Program-made: the position numbers and the translations under genes
The notes under the pieces: generated by a model
Seen by the model: the letters and a program-made list of their open reading frames with translations, nothing else
What the model was told of the DNA's origin: nothing
Database searches by the model: none
Source of the DNA: Octopus vulgaris
Taxonomy: Eukaryota
Direction of reading: 5' to 3'
Assembly (NCBI GenBank): GCA_951406725.2
Contig: OX597816.1
Location: forward strand, 157,232,001 to 157,296,000
Length of the DNA stretch: 64,000 nucleotides
Shown here: positions 26,519 to 39,193 of the stretch, piece by piece
Position numbering within the stretch: position 1 is the stretch's first letter
Layout: each line of letters starts with the position of its first letter

Positions 26519-28174
26519 CTATTTCTCTATAAATAAGCTCAACAACACGTTTAGTAACATCCTTGTCAGCATACTAGCAAACTCTGTAGCAATCAAATAT
26601 TAGGTATGACTTCATATGTGGTTTTGTGCAAATTTTCGAAATCAATATACAGCGTTAGAGAGTAAATTATGTTTTTGAAATGGATATATAACACGAAAGC
26701 TCGAGGTGTTTAGTTTTTATTTTATTTATTATTCATTTTATTTCTTTTTATTTATTACATTTCGATTTATATTTTGTAATAAGAAATTTGATCAAAATCT
26801 TGACCGATGTAAAATAAAATTAACGAAACTATCAGACAGCCAAATTCTGATAATGCAAATGATAAAATTACTTTACTTTAGAATATAAAAAAAAAGGAAT
26901 AAGAGTTAGCGATAATATACAAAATCATATGAAAATCTAGATTAAATTCAAGTCAAGAATAATTTTTTTTCTATATGTGTAGTAAATATTAAGTTCTTAA
27001 CAAGCTGCCAACGAGAGAGTCTCTGTGAAAACTTTCAACCTACTAGAAATAGCAGCTGTATCATATCATTAATCAAAAATGGGAAGACGTGGGATAACAT
27101 AATTTACAATAGAGAATTTGGGGGAAAAATTACATTATTGTCGGAGATGAAATTTCACTGATCGTGTATCTGCTTTATCAGAGCTAACCAGGGATTTTAA
27201 TAGCGACGTTAACACTAGCAGATGCAAGTTATGAAGGGAAAAATCTGAATTAAAATTTCTGGGAGGACGTTGTGGTACATAACTTCAATCAGTTCTTTCC
27301 TGAAACTAGAACCCGAAGCACACATAAAGTCATAAATATTAACATACAAATATTGAGTTGAAACCCCTTTTTCAACAGAAAAATCGAAAACTGCACGTTG
27401 AACGCTAACTCACATTGGACAAAGCAATTCCTTTATTTAAAGCGATTCCTTTATACATTTTCGAAATGTTATTCTTACCTGCGAGAAATGTATTTTGTTG
27501 ACGTCACAAAAATTTAGAAACTTTCGAGTGAACGTAATTTAATTCTTTCCTGAAACTGGATCTCGAAGCACTCATAAAACCAGAGATAAACTTGAGGTTA
27601 AAAAACACTTTTGAAACGCAGAAGTCGAGGTTTGCCTGTATTTTCTATCCAAAATGTGTTTTTCTGACGAATATTTACAAGTTATTTATGGCTTTATGTG
27701 TGCTACAGGGTGTAGTTTCAGGAATTAATTATTTCGCGTTCTCTTGAAAGTTTGCAAATGTTTGTGGCGTCAATTACAGGAATCAGTTCTACTTTTCATT
27801 TATTGTCGATAATTACAACAAATTCTAGTTTATTACTAGAATTTAAATCTCTACATTATGTTAGCCCTTATGAATTTCATACCTTCAGAAGATGCAGTGT
27901 TATTGCAGTAATAACTCTGATCAGCAGGCATGTCTTTCTCAACGATGAACGCGGCAAGTTATGACCATTCTAGTCAACCAGCCGATAAAGCCACCTCGCA
28001 ACTTCTGCATCGCAATTGATTATTATTTGTTCTATAAATTTCGATTTATACACCAAGCACGTGCACACATGCGCAAGCATACGCACACACGCACACAGGC
28101 ACGTATGTACACACACGCACGCACGCACGTATGTACACACACATGCAAACGCAAACACACAAACACACGCACAA

Positions 28175-28375
28175 CAGGAAATTACGTAATGCACTTCAAT
28201 AGCTTGGAGCTGTTTCTGCGATGAGACAGTGCACTCAAAGCTGAGTGCTTGTGCAACACTTCACAGCTTTCTCGAAGGGAACTATGAAGTGATGTACAAG
28301 CTCCCATTTAGGAGTGCACTGTATCTTATAGCAGAATCATCTGTAAGCTAATGAAGTTGATTACGTAATTTCCTG
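28175..28375 (+). other. Long imperfect hairpin (~92-nt arms); candidate structured ncRNA
   Basis: CAGGAAATTACGTAAT pairs perfectly with ATTACGTAATTTCCTG; pairing continues inward to 28266/28282 with mostly 1x1 mismatches and a few small bulges. Confidence 0.8.
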
Positions 28376-28924
28376 GTCCTATATCATTTAATTGATTCCT
28401 ATTATGTTCTGTATTCGATTACTCTTTATTCTGCAGAGTACGTATATTGAAGTCTATAAGTACATTATTAGCATTACTAAACCTAAACGAAATGTTAATA
28501 CACACACACACACATATGCATATGTATACATATACTTAAATATATATGTATGCATATATATATATGCTCTAAATGAGGCGTAGTCAGCCGACAACTGATG
28601 AAGGGTTGTGCTTTGTGTTACTTTCCTGTTATCCATTTGTTTCTCTCGTTTGCGTATTGAACTCGTTTGTTTTCGTATTTCATGTTGTTTACTGTTGGTG
28701 ACGTCCTGTACCCATATATGCATATAAGAATATGTTCTCAAAAATTTTAGCAAACGCCTCTTATTTATATATGTAATATAATTCATAGTGTTCGGACATA
28801 TTTTAAGTACGCTAGTCATTGGTTTAAATTAATATTAATTAATAACATTAATTTCTACCCTCATCATTTAACTATTATATTATATTATATTACTTTTATA
28901 TTATATTATATATTATATATATAT

Positions 28925-29190
28925 ATATAACCCGAAGTGTACAGTGCTATACGAACGATCCGATCATACTAATAGGTTTCGCGTTAGGGATTCAACGGTG
29001 TGCTAGGCAACAATCCGATTATATAACCCAACGCTCATTCAGAAGTAGTCGATATAGTTACCTGATGAGTGAAGGGTTATATAATCGAATTGTTACCTAA
29101 TCGAATTGTTACCCGTTGAATCCCTACTACGAAACCGGTTGTTAAATCGTTTATAATGGATTTTATAATACTGTACGCTTCAGGTAATAT
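28925..29190. mobile_element. Two diverged PLE-type terminal repeats in inverted orientation, each with a hammerhead core
   Basis: Arms of about 115-140 nt; + strand CTGATGA-GTGAAGGG...CCCTACTAC-GAAACCGGTT; - strand CTGAATGAG...CGAAACC; abuts (TA)n. Confidence 0.65.
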
Positions 29191-29266
29191 ACCCATTTTA
29201 TTGACTGATATAGGAGTGCAGTTTTTCCTGATTCATGGATTTCTAGACGACTTTTGACACGTACAT

Positions 29267-29313
<47 letters not shown>

Positions 29314-30199
29314 AGTGAGAGAGAGGTGAGAAAGAGAGTGATGGATAGATAGGTAGATAGATAACAAAATGTTGCTTCCAGTTCAATTTCTAGTTCATTT
29401 CCTCTTTTTCAGAAATCTCCTGAGATAAATCAAAGGGGTTATAGAAATATATAGCAACACAAGTACATTTTAGTGCTCACCAATATAAACTAGCAGAATT
29501 TGGTTCAGAATTTTCTCGTTTGGAACTTTTTATACTTCATACTCGTAAATTATTTTACTTCACATTTCCTATTTTCAGTGAATGAGTGCATGTGAATGTA
29601 AAACTAAAGCGAAAAAGTAAAACAAATGGCATTGTTCTGATGGGAAAAGGAATGTTTCAAAGGCGAAACTGTTAATTGTAATGTCAAACTGTACAATCTC
29701 CGAGGAAACCATGAAAATTATTCCGTAAAATGTCAAACTCTAAAAACTCGGTAGCCACTACACAAACACTAAGAAGCAGAGGAACTCAAACAGCTATCCA
29801 ATCAAGAATACATACCTTTACAAAACATAAATTAACGCATTAATTAATTCACTCTCTAGGTTGTCACGATATAGGTCTCACCACGAATGAATTTTAAAAG
29901 AAGCATTTAGAAATCTCGGAAAAAGATCTAATATGACTCTAGCTAACAGCGTTCCGAAATTGAAATACGTTCGCACCACCCACCCACTCACCCATCATGC
30001 AACATGTTTTGGAATATATCAGAGTGGCCAAGGTCCTGCAACTCAAATTGCAACTTCCTTCCTGCTCTGCTTATCCTAGTAAAGAGCATTCCTATTTAGA
30101 AACAATATATGGATTAATATTTATTCAAATACTACACACTTCCTGACTAACTGCATACGGCCACAATTCAAAGTTATTCCTACAATTGTATTAGTACAA

Positions 30200-30780
30200 C
30201 AGTACCTCCATTTAACCGTGTACAATTGTTTCTAAATCCAACCAGTCGTTGGTGCCAGTTGTCCTTTCCTTATTGGTAGTACCATTACTCTTTTCTCCTT
30301 TAGGTTCTTTGTTTTCAACTGTATCTCTTGTGTTGTTATTTATTATTTCCACTGCCTGGTCTTTCTTTTCCAGTTCTCTTGTGATCTCTTCTACTTCCAA
30401 TTGTCATTCACTTTCTTCTATGAGCATTACCTTGATCAACTAATTTCTGCTCAGTCACTTTGAACAATCCCTTCTCTACCCAAAATGTTAACATCCGTTC
30501 TCTATAGACCCTTCTTTTAGGTTCACTTTCTAAGTAGCACTGTATCACTATCCTGTTTTCTTCACTAATCCAATTCCTCCTCCTTACTCTATTATCTGCT
30601 GACGCTCTCTTAGGAAAACAGCTGTTGTCAGTCTGCATCTATAGTGAGACACTGCCGAGTGAGAGGCCTTCCCTTGAGGGTCCAGCTTCATTTTCGCTGT
30701 CTCAACTAGAGTTTCTAAGCAAACTCCTGTCTCTCATAAACGTCACCATCTTCATCACCACTATTGTTTTTTGACATCTG
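30200..30780 (-). mobile_element. 5' fragment of an R4/Dong-like non-LTR retrotransposon
   Basis: Peptide WISEENRIVIQCYLESEPKRRVYRERMLTFWVEKGLFKVTEQKLVDQ resembles the N-terminal domain of R4/Dong-clade ORFs (from memory). Confidence 0.6.
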
Positions 30781-31189
30781 AAAGTTTCAAGCAACTTTAT
30801 ATTCCATCATTTATTACACCTTTTTTCTGGTGGGGGTGGTGTGTGCTGCGTTTTTTCTTTTTTTTTTTTGGCGGGGGGGGGATATTTAATTGTATCAGTA
30901 CGTTTTGTTATGGGCTTTTTTAAAGTCTTCTGTTGCATTAGTTCTTATATTGTGCGTTGTATGCCCAGCGCATATTGTGTTCTTCTGTCGGGTATCGCCC
31001 CTCTATGGCACACGCAGTGGGTTTTGCTAATTTTGTTGGGCATTTATAGTATGAGTTTATTCTTGTATGTTTTTGAGGTGGGGTGTTGCATAGTAGTGTG
31101 TGTGTGTAACTCATAAATCAATTTATTTTTAGTATTTATGATTATCCGTCTGCCGTTCTTCTTCTTTTGGTTGGGTTCTTTGAGTTCCG

Positions 31190-31269
<80 letters not shown>

Positions 31270-31344
31270 CATCATCATCATTAATATTATTAATATTAAT
31301 AATAATATTAATAATAATAATATTATTATTATTAATAATAATAA

Positions 31345-31800
31345 TAATATTTTCGGAGAGAAGGAACGCAGATCTTTCTCCGCTTAAAAGAGGTTATGTG
31401 GTGGACCCACCTGAAAGGTTTGAAGACAGGCACTTTCCTATCCAGCTACGCCCTCATCAATTTCTTCAAAAATCATTTGAGGAGGAAGATGAGTGTAGAG
31501 AGGGAGATGCCGCCTTCTAGATTGTTTATCAAAAGGTGGTCGACAATGGCCAGCTTGGTGTGACTGAATGAATCTACTCTGAATATACTTTTCTAAGCAG
31601 GAGGAAAGAAACTGGAAGAGGGCACTTTCCCATGCCTTGGGGATGGCAGATTAATCCGGGATTTTTGTGGGGTGTTTAAGCCGGATTACTCTAAGTGGAC
31701 TTCCCCGCTATTGGGGATTCTATCTATATATTTATTTATTATCTATTTCCCTACTTTCGATTATATAACCTCTAGTATACCCTTAAATGTGGTAGTATCT
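31345..31800 (+). mobile_element. L1/Tx1-like LINE 3' fragment
   Basis: Peptide KEVMWWTHLKGL...INFFKNHLRRKMSVEREMPPSRLFIKRW resembles the C-terminus of Tx1-type ORF2. Confidence 0.5.
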
Positions 31801-32324
31801 CTCCTTGATTGATTTTAACCCCGCATGTTTTTGTAATTTTTCTTTTGTGTGTGTGTATGCAGTAAACTCGTCCTTCGATATTGCCCTCTATGTCTTGGGC
31901 CCATTATTGTTATCATTATTATTATTGTTGGGATCATTTCTTACATGTTATAATTTTTATTTCTACCCGAGAAGAAATTCTTCAGAAAACCGAATGAGCG
32001 TTTATAATGTAAACACTTAAATTATTGATCAGAAAAAAGTCAGTAATAGAAGAGAGAAGGAAAGCTCGAGAGATAATTTATCAAAAACGACGCATAATAG
32101 AGTAGAAGGAATGTAACGGAATTTACTACAGAGTTAAGAGAAAGTATAATTATGCTAGCTGATGTGATCAAGAGATTGAAAGCAAAAGAAAGAAGGAAGG
32201 GCCTCAGCTAATTTCCTCGGTGAGTAATTGTTAACTTTAGAAGCAGCTTCTGTATACAAAGTTTAGTTGATGGAATAATATCGGTTTCAAATGTTGACAC
32301 AAAACCAGCAGGTTTGAGGAACTA

Positions 32325-32750
32325 AGTTAGCGAGCTGGCAGAATCGTTAGCACGCTGGGTAAAGTGCCTTGCAATATTTCATCCGTCATTACATTCTGAG
32401 TTCAAGTTCCGCTGAGGTTCACTATGCCATTCATCTTTTCGGGATCGATAAAATAAGTACCAACGAACACTGGGATCGATGAAATCGACTTTCTTATTCC
32501 CTCAAAATTATTGGTCGTGTGCCAAAAATGAAACCAATATTAGAATTAAGGCGGTGAGATGGAAGAGTTGTTAGCACACGTGAGAAGATGCTTAGCAGTA
32601 TTCCTTCCGGTTCTTTATGTTCTGAGTTTAAAATTCCACCGAGGTCAACTTTGCTTTTCATTCCTTCCGGGTCAACAAAATAAGTACCAGTCGAATGCTA
32701 GGATCGACGTAATCGACTACCTTCGCCCGAAACCAAATTTCTGGTTTTCT
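32325..32750 (+). mobile_element. Two consecutive diverged SINE family A copies
   Basis: GAGCTGGCAGAATCGTTAGCACG...TTCTGAGTT...GATAAAATAAGTACC-like block repeated twice. Confidence 0.75.
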
Positions 32751-33518
32751 CTACATAGAATAGAAAGTATTATCTTATTACATTTTTTTTATTAAATATG
32801 GTTAAATGCTGCAAGGGTATATTTCTCTTTCCAGTTTTCGGTTGGTAAATAATTACGAGTTAAGATACTGTAGTCAATCGAAACAACTATATCTCCCTCA
32901 TTGTATGTTGCATCCTTATGGTTATGCTAGGAATCAATCATGGTTAAAATACAAAGTTCCCAACTAGTTAAAAGCATTATTTCCTTTAAAACGTTTGATA
33001 ACACTATAAAATCGATGTTTCGCTAAAACTACGGATATAACACTATTCAACGGCTAATCTAGTCTATCAATTGTTACTAATGCATAGTTTTCCCCACAAA
33101 TGTTTCTGTATAGCAGGCACAGACAAAAGTATAACAAACAAAGCTAAACGAATATATATAGATTACAAATGATGTTCTTTATGATGACTAGGTGTCGACT
33201 TTTCGTAAGTGACCAGTACAAACATAAAATTTTCTGTTCATTTATTTTCTAAAGTGAGGAAACACGGATAAATAGAATTCCTAAATCAGCAGTGCATAAA
33301 TCACTCTGTCATACTCGCTTTTAAAAATTATGTTTAGATGTTTTCTTGGATTACATTACAAATATGTCTAGTGGATATGTTTGTAAAAAATGCAATGCAT
33401 GCAATGGGATTGTGTCCACAGCAAGCTTGTCGATGCACAAAGAGATTTGGTCTCACAACACATTGGAGACATTATTATGGGTGTAGATACGGCTGCATAA
33501 TTTAGAAATTTGATTTGC

Positions 33519-33558
<40 letters not shown>

Positions 33559-33634
33559 GTGCGTGTGTGTGTATATATATATATATATATACATATGTGC
33601 GTGTGTACATATATATATATATGTGTGTGTGTAC

Positions 33635-33692
<58 letters not shown>

Positions 33693-34529
33693 GTAAAATG
33701 AGTAATATATATGAGAAGTATTTATATGTGTGAATAGCTGTGCTTTTGTATCTTGCACGTGCGTATGAGTGTTGCAACTAGACACACATGATTCTCACAA
33801 GGTACATATAAATTTATCTAATGAAAGCATTTATTCATTGAGAAGAAAAGCTAGATGATTCGCAGAATTTCTGTGTGAAATAAATAAGCAGAAATTTGCC
33901 GTATATGTATCTTACGCGAACCTTTCCAATCAACTAGAAGTTTCTAACCACAATTCATTTCTCTAATCAATAAAGTAACAGGTTCCCAAGAAGTCTTACA
34001 ATACATTAATCCTACAAGAATTTGATTTAAAAGCATATAGAATATAAGGAGAAAACTAGAGAGCGAGATTGTATAAGAAGATTGTATGTGTAAATCATTC
34101 TCCGCATGTATAGTAGTGGGAAAACAAAATAGAAACTGTGTTTTAAGTAGAATACATTGTTGTTTTAGTTCTTTAATGAGTTGCTGGAACAATGACTTGG
34201 TGCAATGACCATCGGTGAAGACGGTTAGGTCTATTGACCAATACCTGTTCAATGCGTATAGTTCTTTGGAAAACTCTAACGTTCTTTACACATTTCCAAA
34301 GGACTAGTATTCACAAAATATGATGTACAAAATAAACAAATGGGAGTATATGTTACTCGTGTTTTGAATATCAAGCCTTTTGCACGATTAATTTCTACAA
34401 ACGTAAATAAAAAACATTTTTACTAAAATACTTATTTTCCTGTTATCTTGTTTGAGAACACAAACAAATTATCTACTAATTAATCACTTAATAATTAAAT
34501 AACTCATTAGCCAACAAATTATTAATTCT

Positions 34530-34720
34530 TTCTACTATAGGCACAAAGCCTGAAAATTTGGTGGAGTGGGACTAGTCCATTAACTTTGACCCCAGTGCTC
34601 AACTGTTGCTGACTTTGAGGACAACGAACATATTAAAGGCTAAGTCAGTCCGGCGGAATTTAAACAAACAACGTGAAGCTGGCAGGAATGCCTCTAAGCA
34701 TTTTCTCCGACGTGCTGTTT
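34530..34720 (-). mobile_element. Degraded SINE family A
   Basis: Diverged match to the 16315 region (CTACTATAGGCACAAAGCCTGAAA...GACCCCAGTG...CTAAGCATTT). Confidence 0.55.
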
Positions 34721-35704
34721 CCACAAGAAGTGTTTCTTTTGTGAGCGACATGGCTCTCCTAATATACAGCAAAATCTTTTCCTTCCTTTTTGCTTCATTG
34801 TAAGGGCTGAATCGCTCTCATTCAGGTTTCGCTAGACCGGCTATATCGATTGTTCGTGACGGATATTATAATCAAGCACTCATCAATTTTCATGACGGTC
34901 GCATGGCCACTGTATTGGACGAGATTTTTCTTTTACGTCAGCAACAACTTACATGATAGTCGATACTATTTTAGAAATAAAGACATTGAAAGGGAATTTT
35001 CAGATTGTCAGTGATATTTTACCCTTAAATAATCCTCCCAAACAAACAACTGTTAGTCAAAGTGGTGACAACTCAGCAAAAAACATGCACAGTTAAATCT
35101 TTAAATACACATCAGTACTAAAAAACAAAAACAAAGTAGAAAGCTGGACATGGGTGAAAGCTCTATGTGCAGAACATGATGTAAGTTCATCAACAATGGT
35201 TAATATGCAGAACAAAAAATGTGAGAAAATGTTTTTTCATTATTTTAACAATTATTTTTAACTTAAGCATTACTGGCTCCAAAAATCCACACCTTGTGCA
35301 CCTGTCTTGTTTCACACTTGACGGATTAGTATAGCTCAATCTGTATTATAAAATATTAATTTCTATTTTTTTTTATTTCGTTTCAGTATGAAAATGGTTA
35401 ATTTTAAATGCGATAGATTCGTAATATTTTGCAGAGAAAAAAAATAAGAAAAACGAATACGCTTTTGAGCAACGCAGTCTAACAAGAGATAAAAGAAAAT
35501 CCGGGACGTATTAGCAGATGCTATTCTCAAGAATGTCGCATTAGTGAACTAAAAACAAAAGAAATCCTAATCCATTCGGTTCCAAGAAGAATAATGTTCT
35601 TTAATAAAGTATTACATGTGTGCGCATATGCGCATATATAAAAATAGATACAATATATATATATAAAGAATTAATGGTAATGCTATGCCACTTCGTAATA
35701 ATCC

Positions 35705-35757
<53 letters not shown>

Positions 35758-35907
35758 GTAGTTGTTGTTGATATATATATATATATATATATATACATAC
35801 ATACATATATATAAGGGCAATATATATGTAATATATATACATTATACGTAAATGTATACAACATACACACACATACACACACACTCACACACACACACAC
35901 ATGTATG

Positions 35908-35957
<50 letters not shown>

Positions 35958-36949
35958 GATGCATAAATGCATATATACATACAATACTTTAGTCGTGCAT
36001 CTTCGACCACCACTCACTATATTTACCACTTTGCATCCATGACTCTCACCTCTATCACTGTACTTCTTTCCTCCAACCTCTTCCATCCATGCATACCATA
36101 CCTTTATTTCTCATCTGTCTGCATATTTATCAAACTGTTGCCCTTCTACCTTTCTTGCGCTGCCTCTTATAAATTTCTCCTTGCTTGAACACCACCACCC
36201 TGAACTGATATATACAGTCGACTACCCCATCCACATCGTTCATCATTCACTAAATTCACCTCTCTATGCATCACTATCAGTCACTTCCATCTCACACAGA
36301 TGCAAGTTAGACACATAGCCTTCTCGAACCTCTGTTTCTATTCTCTCTCAAAGTCACCTTAGTATAACGTGAGACCATTCTCACACCCCCATAACCACAA
36401 AAGTGGTGATATTAATATAGGTGAGCTTTCTCAAAGCCACACAAGTATAAACACCGCTATTCAACAAGTTGAAGTTCACTAGTAACATCCAAGTGACAGG
36501 TATTGATGGTAAGCCAAGCAATAAATGAATTGCACAATGTAAAACAAATTCACAGTGAATGTAACAAACTTATACATATTAAATATCTACTAAATTCTAT
36601 TGACAAACCTTGACTCACCCCGTATATTCGGTACAATGCACTTAACTAAGATGTAAAACACGACATGGAAGGATGTGAAAAAAAAATCATTCATCAAATC
36701 CCATTTAAGAAAATATTGAATACTGTTACGTATATATTCATGTACACATCAATGCACATACTATGCACACATTCATGCAAACACTGAAAAACAGTCATGC
36801 AAGCCATACCAATTACAACACAAACATCCATATATTAACGTTTAAATTCAGAGACATAACATAAGTAAATAGCCTCCCTTATAATCATTAAGATTTATTT
36901 AAATCTGAAATTATACATTCAAATTATTTATCAATTATTATAATGTGAA

Positions 36950-37800
36950 TATTTTATATATACTAGGCGTGCTCTGGTCAGATGACGAATATTATCTTGC
37001 CAAGTTTCATGCAGTATTCTCAAAAGATCTGGATTTGAAGATACTTTCTTGCACTTTTTATGAAGCGCCTGTTCATTATGTCCTAGAGGTGTTCATATCT
37101 GGCGACTGGCTTCGCCATGGAAGCTTTTTAATGCCATTCTCATCCAAAATTTCTTGGGGTCATTTTAATACTCTTCTTTAATCATTTCACCTCTCCAGTA
37201 GAATGGAAGGAGTCCTTTCTGCAATATGGACGCATATTTATCTGAGTCTATGTTTACTTCACACTCCACCAGCAGTGATCAACCACTGCTCTAAATTTCT
37301 CCCCAGACCATCACAGAAAAGTTACTGTATTTCATTGTTGGCTGCAATATTTTCACATGAAATTCTTGATCACAAAGAATCTAGACCCACACTCGACCAC
37401 TGTCAGCAAATACATCAAATCTGAACTCATCAGAGGATATGACAGTGTCCCAAATTGATAGTGGCCTCTCCACCTTCCCACTGGCCCAATCTTTTCTCCG
37501 CTTCATGTTGGCTGGTTAAAGAAGTTGCTTCCGGCTTGCCGCCCGCCATAGTAACGAAGTTTGTGGAGATACCTGACAGCTGTTCTGGTACTAACATCAA
37601 GTTGTTTTGTTATGTCAGATGCCTTGCAAAGAGGATTATCCTCCACACTTTTCTCAAAAAAGAGAAGGGTCCTGTCAGAGGGCCCTGATTGATCTGGGAA
37701 AGGTGATGTAGACATCTTCCCCTCTCTGGTGAATTGCACAATCATCCTATTAACTGTAGGAAGCGAGATCCTAGAGTTTTCTGCGATTTTACGCTATGTC
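36950..37800 (-). mobile_element. Degraded Tc1-like transposase
   Basis: Minus-strand peptides NPLCKASDITKQLDVSTRTAVRYLHKL and WDTVISSDEFRF (Tc1 W..V.FSDE.RF motif). Confidence 0.75.
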
Positions 37801-38585
37801 CAGCGTAAAATGACACCCAATGCGGCATCTTTCCACAGAATTCATATTTTTTCCGTCCAAATGATTTTGAAGACTGCGGAATAAATGATAATCAGATGGA
37901 GCAATCTTCGGCGAACATGGTAGGTGGGACATCGTTTCCCATTCAAACTACTCCAGCCTTTGGAATGTCATCTTCGTTGTATATAGCCGAGCATTATCGT
38001 GATGGAAGAACACCTTTCGTTTTGAAAACAATGATGCTCGTTTTTCTTCTAGCGCTGACTTAAGCCGCTGAGTCTGCTCGCTGTAGAGCTTCTTTGTTAT
38101 CGTTGGTTTGGGTTTGAAAGTTCAAAGTGAATTAAACCTTTTATATCCCACCAAACAGATAACACCTTACGTGAGTGAAGACCTTCTTTATCCTGGGGTT
38201 CCGGTGTTTCGCCTTTCCCTTCGGCGCTTCACATTTTTATAGAGAACTCATTTTTCGTCACCAGTCACTATTCGGTCCACATGAGTTTCATTCGTCAGAA
38301 GGGTACACATCCGCTCTCTGCGCGCGATTAGACTCTTAAACTTTGTGAGGAACCCATTGAACCAATTTTCTGACTTTTCCGATGGCACGCAGGTGTTGAT
38401 GAATGACTGAATGACCAAATTCATGCTCTTCTGCTAGCTCTTCAACAGTTACGATGACATTTTGTTCCACCAGGTCTTGCAGTACGTCTCTGTCGAGCTC
38501 TACTGATCTTTCAGAACTGGGCTTCTAGGCTGTAGTTTCCAGCTCAGATTTTCTAAATCTACCGTTGACACTGGCTTACGCTTAT
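37800..38585 (-). mobile_element. Degraded mariner transposase
   Basis: Minus-strand peptides RIVTGDEK.VLY and FFHHDNAR...HLPCSPKIAPSDYHLFRSLQNHLDGK. Confidence 0.8.
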
Positions 38586-38589
38586 TGTC

Positions 38590-38770
38590 CAAGAAGATGC
38601 TGATTTGTTTCATCGATGCAAAAGGAATTTTTCACACACAATTTGTTCCTCCTGATCACACTGTTAAACAGACATTTTATTTTGGCAGTTCTGAAGCGTT
38701 TGAGACATGGTGAGACGAAGACTCCCCGACCAGTGGCAACGTGGAGTGGTTTCATCACAACAATGCTCCT
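38590..38770 (+). mobile_element. Mariner transposase internal fragment (opposite strand)
   Basis: KKMLICFIDAKGIFHTQFVPPDHTVKQTFY...HHNNAP. Confidence 0.7.
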
Positions 38771-38957
38771 GTCTGGTTTTGTGATTTTGTAAATGTTGTT
38801 TATGAACAGTGAGTCTGTTTCTCAAAATGACTTTCATTTTCCTTCGTTGTCCATCATTAATTGCATAATTTAATATTTATGTAAGTTTTAAGGGATTTTT
38901 ACAGTGAAAATATGATCTTATACGATATGTCGTCTATGATGGTGTTGGTTCCTCAGA

Positions 38958-39193
38958 GCTGGCAGCGAGCTAACAGAAACGTTAGCACGCCGGGCGAAAT
39001 GCGTAGCCGTATTTCGTCTGCCGTTACGTTCTGAGTTCAAATTCCGCCGAGGTCGACTTTGCCTTTTATCCTTTCAGGGTTGATTAAATAAGTACCAGTT
39101 ACGCACTGGGGTCGATGTAATCGACTTAATACCTATGTCTGTCCTTGTTTGTCCCCTCTATGTTTAACCCCTTGTGGGTGATAAAGAAATAGC
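38958..39193 (+). mobile_element. Young SINE family A copy with 15-bp TSD
   Basis: Direct repeat TGTTGGTTCCTCAGA at 38943-38957 and 39194-39208. Confidence 0.92.

Noticed and set aside
37424-37432. CTGATGAG on the minus strand as a hammerhead core
   Set aside because: It encodes the SDE motif of the Tc1 transposase, with no GAAA partner or stems.
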